In this document: piece by piece, positions 35,225 to 49,686 of the stretch
Numbering within the stretch: position 1 is the first letter of the stretch
How the letters are laid out: every line of letters begins with the position of its first letter
Assembly (NCBI RefSeq): GCF_006345805.1
Contig: NC_043000.1
Span: 132,680,001 to 132,744,000, forward strand
Origin: Octopus sinensis
Lineage: Eukaryota
Length of the DNA stretch: 64,000 bases
Direction: 5' to 3'
The notes under the pieces: generated by a model
What the model was told of the DNA's origin: nothing
Databases searched by the model: none
What the model saw: the letters and a program-made list of their open reading frames with translations, nothing else
Program-made: the position numbers and the translations under genes

Positions 35225-35400
35225 TATGACATGGTTGGCCCCTTTGAATTACAGGTACAACTCATTTTTGCCAGCTGAGTGGACTGCAACAACGTGAAAT
35301 AAAGTGTCTTGCTCAAAGACACAACATGCCACCAGGAATCGAACTCGCGACCTCAAGATTGTGAGCTGAGTATACTAACTACTAAGTTACGTGTCTTCAC
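35225..35400 (-). mobile_element. SINE family C, decayed
   Basis: Central domain and head are recognisable. Confidence 0.7.
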
Positions 35401-35499
35401 ACATGACAACCGCCAGCATATTTAACAGATTTTCAGTTGATATACAGAAGAAAATTGAATACCAAAAAGGTAAATCTCACCTATATTTTTATATTTATT

Positions 35500-38400
35500 C
35501 TTTATATTGTTTATTTCAGAAACAAAATTTTGAAAAAAAAAAAATTTCATTTTCTTTTTTTTAATTGATGATAATTTATGCAGCACTGACAACCGGGTTT
35601 ATTTTGTACCATTAGAACGAATTCCAAATGCTTTTTGTTCTGCAAATTGTTCAATTTTGAGTAAAAGGGGTAAATACAATGACAAAAAGAAATGGTCTGG
35701 AGAGAGAGCAGCATTAGAAAGCTAGCCATTAAATGGTACACTGGCATTATTGCATCAAACATACCCGAATGAAGAAAATAATATCATCAGACTTCAAAGT
35801 CATGGACGGGACATTTAATTTGGAAATACTATTTTTGGCATCAGCAACAAAAAAAAAAAAAAGAAAAGGGTGTTCTGATCCAAACACAGATTTCAAAATT
35901 CATATGGGTAACTCACAAAATAAAAATTAAAATTTTTTAAAAAATCGCATTCAGTCAAGCTTTCAAAATTTCAGACATCTTATAAAAATCATTTTTTTTT
36001 TTTTTGCCTCCTGGTTATAAAACAATGAGTGGGGTAGGGGTTGGAACCATGATGTATTAGTAGGTAGGCTGGCATTACCAAACAATAGTTGTCAAGCTAA
36101 CATCTTTAAAAACAAACTTTTAGGAAAAGAACTAAAAACTTAAAAATTTACTTAATGAATCTTTTTCTTTTTTTCTTTACATTAAAAAAAAAAAAAAACT
36201 ATTTCATGAAGTGGTTTTAAAACAGTTTAAGCAGTAAATTCCAGTAGAAATGAAAGAGCAAGAGAAAAGAAAATCTATTGTTTAGAATTGGGGTAGAGCT
36301 TGAAATTTTTCTAAATTACGATTCCTCATTATCAAGAGAGTTTTTTTTTTAGATACTTTTTATTTTCAAATAGATTTTTCTAGATTTTCTCAAAAATATT
36401 TGTAATGATGACCACTTAAGTCAATTCAATGATGAGATGCTGCGTTATAATGAGAAACAAAAGTAAAACATTTGAGTATTGACTGGAATATTAAATATCA
36501 GCGATACTCTCAGCATATTGTTGAAAAGCAAATCTGTTTCCAGATATGTATGACTTGCAATGAGTGTCATTACATCTCAGAGAAAGCACCCAGTAATAGT
36601 AGTCCATAGTATTTTTCTGGGTAGCCACAGAGCCTGAGATTTTTTAGCAGACAGGAAATGTATATGTAACAGTAATGTCTTTCCCAAAAGGCAATAATAA
36701 TATAAACAAAATGAAACAGCAATAACTAGGAACAGAAGCTAGGTCATTGCAGAGCCAGCTTGCTTGGAATTTAACTTTTTTGTTATTATATTTGTCTATT
36801 CTATGCATTATTAAAAGAAAAGCTGATAAAATAGGAATAGGTAAGATGACATAAAACTATCTTTTGCATAAATAACAAGAGTTACTTTCAAACTGAATCA
36901 AAGAAAAACTTAATCTAAGTACAAATATTATAATTAGATAAATAGTTAGCAATTAAGAGCTGCAGTAAGTGAACTCTTGTGAATTTTAATTCCTTTGCTG
37001 CACTTGTTTGGCAAGTGATTTGTTCAAGTGTTGAAACTTAATTGCATCCTGATAGAATCATGAGCCATTTAAATTATATACACGGCTATATTCAATAAGT
37101 GTCAAAGTATTTTGTGGTACATTTACCATATATTCTCTGCAACATGGTGATATAGAGAATCAGTGACCAGGTCATGAATGTGCAAAAGACTTTGATAATT
37201 AGTGATAGAGGTAAAAAAAAAAATCACAAAATATAATAGTATATGTGTATTTCAAATGGCAAATATGATTTTACCAAGCTGCAATTGTTGACATCCTAAT
37301 CTTTTAAATATACTATTATATACTATTAAAAAGCAGTTTAAGTTCATTTAGATAATAAACTCTAATTCAAGCTTATTAAAGCAGAGATAAAAACAAATAA
37401 ATAAATCTTTCATCAGAATGTAACATGTACATATATTTTAAATGGTATAGCACTTGAGATGTTTCAAATGAAGGAATATGCTACCATTGCTAATAATACA
37501 ATTAATAGAAAACCATACCAAGTATATTACTATTACACCTTAGTTTGACTTCCCAAGCGTTTTGTACTTTTAAACATCTTAGAACAGACATTTAAAATGT
37601 CTTAACCTTTTGGCATTTAAACTGGGTGTATCCACTCCAAATATTGTTTTATGTTCAAACTGGCCAGATACAGTCTTTCACACTCACCTTACAATGTCAT
37701 TCTAAAGATAATGATCACCCCTTCAAAATCTAAGCTATGAGCTAATGCTTGATTAATTAAAAAATAGGTGAATAAATAGGTATTTAATTTCAGAGAGTAA
37801 TCTGAATGCTAAAGGGGTAAATAATATCTAAACAGCCTTCAATACTTAACAAATAATAAATAATTAGGAAAATATAGAAAAGGGAAATCAGTAATACTCT
37901 TTAGATTGTTTCTATAATTAGCAAATAATACTGCTGCTGCTGATTTCTTCCTAATTATAACAGAATGCAGTGAATTAAACCTCACCTTACTATATTACTG
38001 AAACATTTTATCAACACTAGGAAGAGCCTCTTCTGCACAATTGCTCTACCTAAAAACAGAACCCCAAAAGTATATGATGGTCACAGCTGGAATGAGCTTG
38101 ATCACAGCTGACCTGTGGCTTACCAACAACAGAAGATTGAATACTGGATTGATTCTTATAAAAATTTTAATGAAGAAATATCACTCTCCACCAATATCTC
38201 ATGAAACACTGTACACTCTTAAAGAGAATTAGAGAACAAGAGATGAAATGGGGTGATGTCCTGTACTTTGCTCAGGACATTACCATTATAAATTAAATAA
38301 TACTGCAAAGAATTAAAATTGAGCTGAAGAATGAAAATTGTCAAGAATTTACTGCATCTCTGAGCTATTACAAACATTAAGGAAAAACCAAAAAAACAAC

Positions 38401-41076
38401 TCTTCTCTCACTACAGTACTTTGCTGGAATTGTCAGAATACTTGTTACCCCACAACATACAAACTTATCCATATTTTCAGACTTTACTATATGAATTTAT
38501 TTTGCTGTCACAGACCACCATTAATTTCCTGAAACACTGGATCTTATGTGCTTAAATACAGTTTTTCTTTTTTATTTGCAAGGGTTGAGAATATGCGAAA
38601 CAATATGGGCTTCGACAAGGAAGAGAATCCAGCTCACAGAACTCAATTCAACAACACCTTAACATGACTCACCAAATTTAAAGACTTTATTTAGGTTCAA
38701 GGAACAAGAGGGTAGCTAATATAATACAGACACTTATTTTACTGATCCCAGAAGAATGAAAGCAAAGTTAAGGAGGAGATGAATTAAGAACCCAGAAGGA
38801 CAAAACTAAATACTGTACATTTTTCCCATTTCTCCCAACTCAACACAATAGCCATGATGAGGATAAGGGTAGAAATTTTGTATGTGCCTTTAAAAACAAA
38901 ACAGGTTATCAAAATAGCCGTTAATGAACATAAAAAAAAAAAAAAAGATAAATTTTACCAGGTAGAATTCAAGTTACATTATACTTTGAAGTACCTCGTT
39001 TTGGTTCTGAAAAATAATTCTATAGAATATCGCTGTACTGTTGAAATCAGCCTTCCTCTACCTAGGTACTTTCATTGTAAGAAACTAATCTTCAAATAAA
39101 AATAAAAAAGACTTCACAACCCATGAAAAGGTATTTCAAATTTAAAAACCAAAAGCATTAGAAAGCATTAATTTCAATATTTGGCATTATTTTTATTGCT
39201 CAGATAGTATGTAATCAATAATATAGTGAAAATCATTGTTATTCTTCTAATAAATTATATTATGGCAATAACAATTAGCATAATGTTGTAGAGAAAGAAA
39301 TTCCATCTGGGGAGAATTTATCCACCACTAGTAGAAACAAAGTTGGCTTGCTAAGCCTTATGCCAGTGGTCCATACACCCAGTCATTGATACTGTATTTG
39401 GTGGCAAAGAGCCCTGACACTTAAAAGCCAGTCACTTTAAATATATATCATGTAGTATAGTGTTTCTACTGCAGAGAACAGTATAGGAACTACATATCTA
39501 ACAAGTGTATTTTTCAGCTTATAGTGCTAGATTCAAATCCCTCTCTTGGGCAAGATCTTCAATAAACTGACATTCAAATCTGATGAAAGAAGTATCTTAC
39601 TCCTTCTTTCTCTCTCTAGATTGCAATGCAATTTCAAAATATCTCCTTACTATGTAGGATACCTCACAGAGGCAGACAAAATATTTAAGAATCTCTCGTA
39701 ACAGATTCCTCTCAAATTATGCTCGATCAACTTTCGCTCCTTCCAATATCTCAGAGACATCTCTGTCCCTTCATAACCTTAAATAAATATCGACTGAATC
39801 ATTAAAAGTGAAAGATGACTATACAAACATCAAGTTATTAGTTGGTCACAACAGTTAGATCTTAATTATTTCTTAAGCATCTACCTTTACTTCATGTAAC
39901 GAGATAGAATTCACTGCTGAACAACTAAGAGATGTTCTCTTTCTCTCTCTCAGAGTAGTGACATCTAAATTCGGCAGTGTTATAGCAAAGGTGACATTGG
40001 AAGTTGTGATGTTCATACTTCCCACACTGTCCTGAAGTAGTAAATGAAAACATTCCCTGAAAATCTACCACCATATCCTTAGTTGGTTAACAATTTCTTA
40101 CATGAAGGAAATGAGATGTTGTGATACTGAAACACCTCCCAAAGAACATTAAAAAATAAATAATTTCAATTTGTAAACAGGTTAAGAGAAAAAGTTGCTG
40201 GGAACTTGCCAACATCATCACCACAATAATGATACAGCATACAGGGAAAAGGAAAAAGGGATCTGTGGCATTCATGCCTATTCTAAAGATAATGTAAGAT
40301 AAGAAGTTCTAAATGGGAATAGGAGCAGATTAGTTTAATTAATACAATAATACTATTGTACCTAACACAATGGTTTCTTTCCACTAAGCAAAAGGTTACA
40401 AATTGTTTTTACTGAACAACCAGTTAACTAAACTGAACATTAAATATATTCAGTATTTTTAATTTAATTACCTTAGAAATATGACAGATAAAGTGGATCC
40501 TAATGGACTGAAAGCAAAAAAGAACAATTAAATTCTAAAAAATTAGAATTAAAAAGCTAAAAAATTAGATTTAAAAATAATAAATTCTAAAAATAAAGTC
40601 TAATTGTAAGCAGAATTATATTATCAAGCATTCTAATTTAATAAATAATACTTTTGTTGTTACAGTATTAAGTATAAGATCTATATTTGATAAAAACTAC
40701 AAAAGCATATCTCTCTTTGAGATTTCTTTATGTAGGTTTTATCAAAAATAGTCAATGAATTTAATACCAAAAGATACTTCATATTTATTCCCATTTTATG
40801 ATTATTGATACCTAAACATAAAATTAATTATAATTTTTTTTTTTTTATTTAAAAAAAAAAACAGTGGCTAAAAATATCTTAGTTGAGACTATCATCCATT
40901 TCAATTACCTCGTTAACAAATTATCTGCTATACTAACATACAGTGAAATCTTGATTAAGCAGCAGTTAATATCGTTGGGAACAAGTGAAATGCTAAATAT
41001 AAAGATGATAAAATGAAAATAAGCATGTAAAGATTATAATCCCTCATTAATAGGAAGAGAGAAAAACTATATATAT

Positions 41077-41109
<33 letters not shown>

Positions 41110-42099
41110 AATGAGAGAGAGAGACAGCACATAGAAGACAATGTTATTAAAGAAGATGGCACTATTCTGACAGCAGACTATTTCTCTTGCTAATCGTTTA
41201 TAAAATCATTATTCCAAAATATATAAAAACAGAAGTGCCCTAATAACTCAATTTACCATATACTGAAAAAGAACATTCCGCATACTTAAGAATCACATAT
41301 ATAATTTTTTTTACACTCTGTAAAACATCTCATTCATACTACAAAGACATTTACAGAATACAAAAAAAAAATTGGCAAGAACAAAATAAAAAAATATATG
41401 TTGTTTTGCAACGTAATATATATATATATTTATGTAAATATATATATATACATATATATATATATACTTATGTCAAAAACCAATGCTTTTAAAAAAAAAA
41501 TTTTTGAAACTTTTTTTTATAGTTTTAATTATTTTTTTTGTGGGTCATTTTTTGTATAATCAGGCAGGGAATTTACAGTCAATGTTAAATTTGATTAATC
41601 CATTAACATGATAAGGATAAACCCCACCCCTCTCTTCAGTTCAATATTGGAATTTCCTCTCAAATTAGATTCCAAAACAGATGGGATATGACTTGCCATT
41701 CTTTGGGGGGTGAAAAGAACAAAAATAAAAGAGAAAGAAGAGAAGAGGGGGGAAAGAAAAAAAAGAGATAAATTATTTATGAATTTTTATCTTCATCATA
41801 TCCTTTTTCCAATAGTGTTATGCAACATTTATAAAAGACAGCAACAGCTGTGTTTTATCCAAGCAGTGTGATAGGAAGAAGGAAAAAAAAAAAAAAAAAA
41901 CAGAGCAATGTATAAGCCTGGAAGAACAAAATAAAAACAAAGAAAAATAAAAAGCAGAGAGGAAAAAAAAAAAAAAGAGAAAAAAAAATGAGGGGCTGGA
42001 AAGAGATAGGAGCAACAGAAAAAGGGAAAGTACACCACGTTATTGCTCGGCCTTGTTGCAAAGTGATTATCAGCATGAACATTTCAGATGTGGTTTATC
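35500..42099 (-). other. TFCP2: Putative long 3' UTR of the TFCP2-like gene
   Basis: Directly follows the stop codon. It is about 6.6 kb with no recognisable copy of the four SINE families found elsewhere, and has many U-rich tracts on the sense strand. An AATAAA lies near 35513-35518. The true end is not determinable from sequence. Confidence 0.45.
37606..37816. mobile_element. piggyBac-type MITE (old), inside the putative 3' UTR
   Basis: ttaa|ccttttggcatt ... aatgctaaaggg|gtaa termini. Confidence 0.55.
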
Positions 42100-42155
42100 T
42101 TATCCAAGATCTTTCAGCAATACCTTGTAAATGTCGTTATTGTTGTCAGCAAATA
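42100..42155 (-). CDS. TFCP2: TFCP2/LSF-like, terminal coding exon FADNNNDIYKVLLKDLG*
   Basis: Acceptor tttgatctattgcag. It resembles the ETNDSYHIILK C-terminus, with a TAA stop at 42102-42100. Confidence 0.85.
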
Positions 42156-42322
42156 CTGCAATAGATCAAAGAGAAAGCAATAAACAAAAGAAACAAGAGG
42201 GTAGTGGGTAATGGTGATGGTAATAATGATGATGATGATGATGATGAGAATGGTAGTAAGACAAATTTTGCGTGTGCATTATAGAAGATAAAAAGAAGTA
42301 ATGATGACTGCTTTATATAAAA

Positions 42323-42834
42323 CTAGCAGTATCGCCCGACGTTGCTCGGGTTTGTAAGGGAAATAACTATATAAGCATTTTTAGAGAGTTACTTCCCTTA
42401 TAGATGCCAATTCGGGCTTTTTTTGCCATTTCTGTTTTGGTGTCTTCAAGCCATGAAGTCGTTGTTCTAAAAGAACGCTGGTCTCCTTGACAACGCTTTA
42501 CGACGCTGATTTCCTTACACTCCCTTCCCCACAGCTTCACGAGGGTGGGAAGAAGGGGGAGAAGCAAACAGGTGCAGGTGTGACCATGGACGCCAACTCC
42601 GCCGCCATCGACACACGAAAAATTATGCATTAAAATGGAATAAAAAATGATGTTAAATTATTTTTAAAATCGTAGACTCATCGTAGACGCGCGCTAATAG
42701 CCAGACGGGCTCGATATGAATCACGACTATAAGATACCCAAATTTGGTTAAACTGCACCGCAAAATGTGGGAGAGTTAGGAATCTAAATCGAAGGGGACA
42801 GACACTCACACAACTACAGTTTTATATATATAGA
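42323..42834 (-). mobile_element. Non-autonomous Helitron in the last TFCP2 intron
   Basis: A|TC...hairpin...CTAG|T on the minus strand. It shares its 3' about 75 bp with the 28882-29240 element. Confidence 0.85.
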
Positions 42835-42880
42835 TAATATATTACATTATATTGCATTATGTTATATTAATCAATGGGTT

Positions 42881-43133
42881 GGTGGAGGCGCATGGCTTAG
42901 TGGTTAGGGTGTCAGCACCATGATCGTAAGATTGTGGTTTCAATTCCTGGACCGGGTGACGCGTTGTGTTCATGAGCAAAACACTTTATTTCACATTGCT
43001 CCAGTCCACTCAGCTGGCAAAAATGAGTAACGCTGCGATGGACTGGCGTCCCGTCCAGCTGGGAAACAGATACACCATAGAAACCGGGAAACCGGGCCCA
43101 TGAGCCTGGCTAGGCTTAAAAAAGGGTGCATTT
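42881..43133 (+). mobile_element. SINE family C (last TFCP2 intron)
   Basis: TSD TAATCAATGGGTTG. Confidence 0.88.
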
Positions 43134-43330
43134 TAATCAATGGGTTGAAGCAGCAGGTCTTATTGATTTTTATCTCACACATCAAGCAAGACACTTGCAA
43201 TGAGAGAAAGAAAGAGATAAGATTAGAGGGAGTGGGGGAAAAGGGAGATACAGTGATAGAGAGAAGGCCACGGGTAAAAAGAAAGAGGAAACAAGCAGAA
43301 AGAGAAATGAAGAGAATTGAACAATGGACT

Positions 43331-43734
43331 ACTCTTTACTCTTTTACTTGTTTCAGTCATTTGACTGCGGCCATGCTGGAGCACCGCTTTTAATCAAACA
43401 ACTCGACCCCAGGACTTATTCTTTTGTAAGCCCAGTACTTATTCTATTGGTCTCTTTTTGCCGAACCGCTAAGTAACAGGACATAAACACACCAGCATCG
43501 GTTGTCAAGCAATGCTAGGGGGACACAAACAAACACACACACGCATATATATATATATATACATATATACGACAGGCTTCTTTCAGTTTCCGTCTATCAA
43601 AATCCACTCACAAGGCATTGGTCAGCCCGGGACTATAGCAGAAGACACTTGCCCAAGATGCCACGCAGTGGGACTGAACCCGGAACCATGTGGTTGGTTA
43701 GCAATCTACTTACCACACAGCCACTCCTACGCCT
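43331..43734 (-). mobile_element. SINE family A (last TFCP2 intron)
   Basis: Full-length copy about 75 bp from the 43810 donor. Confidence 0.9.
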
Positions 43735-43809
43735 ATGCGGAACATTACTTAATATAATTGATATGGAAGAATAAAAAGGGAAGATATAGAAGTAAAAATC
43801 TTGTGTTAC

Positions 43810-43861
43810 CTTTAATAGCAGATATAAGAAATCTTGACTGGTCTTGGAAATTTCGAACAAC
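43810..43861 (-). CDS. TFCP2: TFCP2/LSF-like, exon VVRNFQDQSRFLISAIK(V)
   Basis: Matches M(I/V)QNFQ.E.CF. Acceptor taattttcag, donor gtaaca, phase 0-1. Confidence 0.9.
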
Positions 43862-43934
43862 CTGAAAATTATAAATTTTGTTTTAAAACCATGAGTGAAT
43901 CACAGAATTGGTAGAGCACCATACAAATATCTCA

Positions 43935-44640
43935 TGATGTGTCGGTGGCACATAAAATCACCCACTACACTCTCGGAGTGGTTGGCGTTAGGAAGGGCAT
44001 CCAGCTGTAGAAACACTGCCAGATCTGACTGGCCTGGTGCAGCCTTCGGGCTCCCCAGACCCCAGTTGAACCGTCCAACCCATGCTAGCATGGAAAGCGG
44101 ACGTTAAATGATGATGATGATGATGATGATGACATCTCTGTGTGTTATGAGTTCAAATCCATCCCTTGTCCCCTTTACTTTTTCATCCTTCTGAAGTTGA
44201 TAAAGCTAGTTACCCATCAATAAAACAGATGCTACTTTCGATGCAGTCAACTATACCCATGAAGACAGCATCACAGTGAAATCATGTTCAGAAAATTCAT
44301 AAGAAATTTCACCATCATCATCATTTAATGTTTATTGTCCATATTGGCATGGGTTGGACAATTTGATCAGGACTGGTAAGCAGAGGGGTTGCACCAGACT
44401 CCAGTCTGATTTGGCATGGTTTCTACAGTTGGATGCCCTTCCTAACACCAATGGGTTCCTTTACATGCTACTGGCATGGGCGCCAGTTGCATGACAAGAG
44501 TATCTGCCACAACTACGATTTCACTTGGCTTGATGGATCTTCTCAAGCACAGCATATTGCCAAAGGTCTTGGTCATTTTTCATGGTCTCCATGAAGTCCA
44601 ACACATGAAAGGTGCTTTTATACATGCCACTGACAGGAAA
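43935..44640. mobile_element. Two family D copies, tail to tail (43935-44132 +, 44310-44640 - decayed)
   Basis: Shared core and (GAT)n/(ATC)n tails. Confidence 0.8.
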
Positions 44641-45814
44641 AATTTGCCATAACACAAATTTGCTGTATGGACAAGGATAAAGTGTATAATATCAGCATAA
44701 TGATAACAGATTTTTATAAAATCATTAAATAAGCAAGTCTTTATATTCAATGTCAGAGATTTAAAAAGTGTGATGAGATCATTTAAAATGATATTTACTA
44801 CAACAAAAAGTGAAATTTCCTATAACCAAATGATCCAATGACAAACTGGTTAAAGAATTTCAAATATGATCAAAGAAACAGGGCAATGTTCAAACACAAC
44901 ACTTTTCTCTGACATGTAAAACTGAACTGTTTCTATTCTACTGAGTTCTACCACCAACAAACAACAGGAACAGATGTGTGTGAGAGTAAGAGGAGCCTTA
45001 ATTACACTAACAACTTTGTGCAATAATACTGAAGCTGAAACTTGTCTTCAATTTTCGTCTGGTCAAACCTCAGTACCAAATCACATTCTAATAAAGAATT
45101 TAATCAAATTATGTGCTTCAATAATGATTTTCATCCTGTACTGGAATTCATTTCGATAAAGGAAGTTTCTACAAGGTCATGCAACCTGCTAGAAATACTA
45201 ATCAAATTTCCGATAAATCATATTCTTTCACTATTAAAATGGAAGAACACACTTAATATTGTTCTAGATACATACAGTGTCTGAGTAAATGATGGAGTCG
45301 TTACAAATGGAATGCATTTGATCTGAGGTTTGTTTAATCAGAACTGACTAATAACCTCTCACTTTGATCAATTTCCTCATCAAGCATCAAATTTACCGTC
45401 TTAATTACAGTTTCTTCAATTCTATTAGCTACATGGCATTTACCTTTTTAAATGATAGTAAAATATGCCACTAAATGATGCGTGGTTAATCTAAATTTGT
45501 CATTAAAACAACTCTTTGCTATCAGTAGGCTCACAGCATAGTAAACCAGATAACCAAGCCCCCCTTTCTATCACCCTGAAATTGCCAGTTCTCCCTTAAC
45601 AATGCCCTGTCCTCAGTAACTTTCTCCATTTCAACCAAAAAATGTTCTTAGCTTTCCCAAAGTTCTTTTCCTCTCTAAAAGATTAAAAAAAAAAAAAGGT
45701 CACATGACCTATTAATGTAAAGGTCCTTCATCTCCAGCTATGCCCAACCTGGAACTTTCCAATGTCCCTGCTCTAGATATCAAATGTGTTTCTTTATTGC
45801 CAACACACACCTTA

Positions 45815-46201
45815 TGGATGGAAGCACTCCGTTGGTTACGACAACGAGTGTTCCGGTTGATCCGAATCAGCGGAACAGCCTGCTCGTGAAATTAACGTGT
45901 AAGTGGCTGAGCACTCCACAGACACGTGTACCCTTAACTTAGTTCTCGGGGATATTCAGCGTGACACAGAGAGTGACAAGGCCGGCCCTTTGAAATACAG
46001 GTACAACAGAAACAGGAAGTAAGAGTGAGAGAAAGTTGTGGTGAAAGAGTACAGCAGGGATCACCACCATCCCCTGCCGGAGCCTCGTGGAGCTTTAGGT
46101 GTTTTCGCTCAATAAACACTCACAACGCCCGGTCTGGGAATCGAAACCGCGATCCTATGACCGCGAGTCCGCTGCCCTAACCACTGGGCCATTGCGCCTC
46201 C
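45815..46201 (-). mobile_element. SINE family C-related subfamily with a different body and tail
   Basis: Head shared with the 24561-24880 copy, TSD ACACACCTTAT, CpGs largely retained. Confidence 0.85.
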
Positions 46202-47607
46202 CACACACCTTATAATGAGTACTAAAACCAAGCTGCATGACATTGATAATTTCAGTCGTGCTCTCAACCCACAATCTCATCAACTTCATTACCACAATGA
46301 ACTAATGACGGTTTCTATGCTGTTATTTCACCTGCACAAAACAAAAATCAAATCTCCACACATTACTAAAGTAAAAAAAAAAAATGACACATTAAATAAT
46401 GCAGTCTCAAATAACACTAGCTGGAAAGAATGATTACACAGGCCTGCTCCATCAGGGCTGACCTAGGGTTAAACAACAATTACATTACTACTTCTCTACT
46501 GCTGTCAGGTCTCCAGTTTGAGGATAATTTCTTCCCTTCCTCCAATCAGTCTTGGAGGCCCCGAAGAAAATAAAGGGTGATAGGCTCTACCTCACTAAGA
46601 GGTATAAACTAAAAAGATCTATAACACATTGTTTTGAGAGATTGCTTCTGAAAGTACCTATTTTCAATATCCACAACAACACTCAGGGACTCTCTAAGCC
46701 TATGGCCTACAACTTCAGTTTGTTAGGCCATTCCACAGATCACAATCCAGCTTGTGGTGTGATAGATTCTGTCACACTCACAGATATGAAAGAAAACATT
46801 CATTTTTACTCTTGAAGCTTCATCAGCCAACATCATTCAATAGATGCCTTTTTCTTTTCTTACAAATACCTCCTATCTTTTCTTTTCCCTCAATACTCAT
46901 CCCTTTTTTTATTTCTTCTTTTTCAGATAATGTTTTTTGTTCTTTACATTCTATATTTGACTCCATATTCTCCCTTACTGTTATCTCCACATCTCACTTT
47001 TTTTTTAACTATATTCAATATTACTTCTTTTCACATTCCAGCTTGACCTTTCTTCCCATTCAAAGGTCAATTCAAAAAGGATATAAAATGTAAAGCTGGA
47101 TGTAATGAAATAGAAACAACAGAGCACATAATGTGTAAAAAGAGATCAAGGAAGTGGTGGAACATAACATCAGAGAAGAAAGAATACAAAGGGATATTAA
47201 AGATCTAGAATGGCCTAGAAGAACAGCAAAAAAACAAAAATTGAAAAAAAATATTTGTAAAATTGAAGAGGAGTAAAAAAAAAAAGCAGGGTCAAAATGC
47301 CTTGCATTCACATAATGTGCTCACCAAAGATAGTAAAGGAAGCAATGACAAAATCCTTATTGTTCTTCCTTCTCTCTATTTGTTATTTCCTTCCATTTCG
47401 TGTCCCTTTCTAAATCTACTCCCTTACGGTAACACATGCTATTTTACTTTGTCTTACAGATCACTACTTTTCATTCCCTGAAAGGTTAGGATTTTCTTCT
47501 TCACTTGGCAGATAAATCCATTCCATTTTGTGAATTTGGAAGAATACAACTTGCCTCAGTCAACCTGATTACAGTAGGAAATCATGATAGAAATTCAGAA
47601 TGTTTAC

Positions 47608-47750
47608 CTCATCATTTAAAACTATGTGGATTCCTGAAGGTCCTTGCCAAAGTATTTCTGAAATTTTATGGAATTCTAAAGTGAAGAGATCAGCTAACTT
47701 CTGTTTGATTTCCCTTGAGGTTAGATTATCAAGGAATACTGCATGATAAA
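47608..47750 (-). CDS. TFCP2: TFCP2/LSF-like, C-terminal domain exon (V)YHAVFLDNLTSREIKQKLADLFTLEFHKISEILWQGPSGIHIVLNDE
   Basis: Matches VYHAIYLEEL...QGPTGIHVL.SDE. Acceptor atctttttcag, donor gtaaac. Confidence 0.95.
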
Positions 47751-48391
47751 CTGAAAAAGATTAAAACATTTTATACAAGAGTTATCTCTACATTTCTATA
47801 TACTGCATGATACAGAGTTTATTATGAAAAGATGGCTGGAGATATATATATGGCAAATGAATGACAGAAGATGGAATATACGAGAATTTATTATTAATCA
47901 CGACAATTGTTTCAACACTTAGCATTGATCCCTCATTGGTGGGGCACTCAGCAACTGGAACACCCAATGGTGCAGATGTATCTCATCAGGAGATAAATAG
48001 ACACAACTCGTTAAAATAACAGTTCCGCAATGTAACTTCTAATTTTATTATTCAGTGTGTGTGTGTGTGTGTGTATATAAACAGCCATAATGTATTAATA
48101 CTTGGACATCCTTGTTACTTACTTGCGTTTTATTCACCAAACTTTGAGCTGTGCAGACAATACTGACCTCATGGAAACCTATAAACCAATGACACAACTG
48201 GCCACAAAGCATGATGCAAAATAAATAAATAAGTCACACTCTAGCATCATTTAAAAAGGACACTTATTGGCTTATGTAAGCTGAGGTTTACTAGGCTAGG
48301 AAAAAATAGTGTGACCATAGATGGAATGCATCTGATCATAGGTCTACTAAGGTCAGTACTGATACCAGGCTAAACAACAAAATATACTTAC

Positions 48392-48441
48392 CATGGTCCC
48401 CCTCCTGACAAACATATATCGTTAATCTAGGCCTGACACAT
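48392..48441 (-). CDS. TFCP2: TFCP2/LSF-like, exon CVRPRLTIYVCQEGDH(V)
   Basis: Contains the diagnostic VRPRLTIYVCQE motif of TFCP2/UBP1. Acceptor tctctttcag, donor gtaagt. Confidence 0.96.
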
Positions 48442-48618
48442 CTGAAAGAGAAAGAACAACAAAGACAATTATTCAATAAAAAGATGAATGAAATTGAAAT
48501 AAGCAGAACTTATATTAGTTTACGGACCATACAGAATTAAGTACTCTTCTGTACCATATTGCTTTTTCATAGCAATCAATACATAGAGAATGATAAACCA
48601 AAAAGGGAACCACTACAT

Positions 48619-48951
48619 CAGGAGTAGCCAACCTGAGGTCATGGGTCACATGCGGCCCCCAGACTTTTATCTTGCAGTCCACTTGATACTTTCTTGACCT
48701 GGGTTTATTTAAACAAACATTTTAAAAATTTTATCAAAAATTAAAGATTGTACGAAAAGTAAAAAAGAAAAGTACTACTGTTTTTGCAACGATAATATTT
48801 CATGTTGAATCAACAGTCATTCATTCATTCATTATTGTAATAATAGCATGAGAAAGCAAACTGCTTTCAATTCTGTCAGTATATAAGCGGCCTTCAAAAA
48901 ACTTTCTGTGATTAAAGTGGCCTGCAATGTAATTCAAGTTGGCCAGGACTG
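48619..48951. mobile_element. hAT-type MITE in a TFCP2 intron
   Basis: CAGGAGTAGCCAAC/GTTGGCCAGGACTG imperfect TIRs, with an 8-bp TSD CACTACAT/CTCTACAT. Confidence 0.75.
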
Positions 48952-49595
48952 CTCTACATGATCACTTGACCTGCTAGAAATAACAGTTAAATTTCATACA
49001 AACCATATTCTATTACTACAAAAAAAGGAAGATCTGGGTAATTAGGACTAAGGTAGAGGTAATCAATATCTGAAATCATTTTGGTCAAACTTTGCGATAC
49101 CTAAGTGCTTATAGGAACAGGGTTCAGAGAAAAGGAAACTAACATCCAAAATGATAGTATATTACGAGGGGACCTTTCATTACTAAAACAGAACTACTTA
49201 TTCAGTAATGAAGCACTACCATTCCTGAACAGAGATATTCCAGTTGTTACAAAAGATACTGTATGACTGACTATGTAGCAGACATAAGTTCAGGCATGAA
49301 AGTCAGAATTTGTGTTACTTAGAAGAAAATGTATATGTGAAGACAAGCCAAGCGCTAAGTAAAAGAACTGCTACAACTGTTATAGTTAGACAGTTGGTGA
49401 AATATTTAAATCAAGGAATGTCTGGGTAGGGTAATGAAAACAAAATTACAAGGGAAGATATATTTGATTACACTGATCATGGTATTTCATTCAGACACTG
49501 GAAACTGTAATAATGTCACTTATGACAATAGTAGTGATGATGGAGGTGGTGTTGAGATAAATGAATATGCAAAATTAAACAAAATCTTGTCATAC

Positions 49596-49686
49596 TTGGC
49601 TTGTAATGCATTATTCAATCTAATGCCATCTGCCAGGCCACATATCTGTATAAGATCGTCCCTTGATAAGCGAAGAAGATCAGCAC
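49596..49686 (-). CDS. TFCP2: TFCP2/LSF-like, exon (G)[29 protein letters not shown](K)
   Basis: Matches the TFCP2 motif GADLLKLTRDD.IQICG.ADGIRL.NAL. Acceptor ttttattttacag, donor gtatga. Confidence 0.96.
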
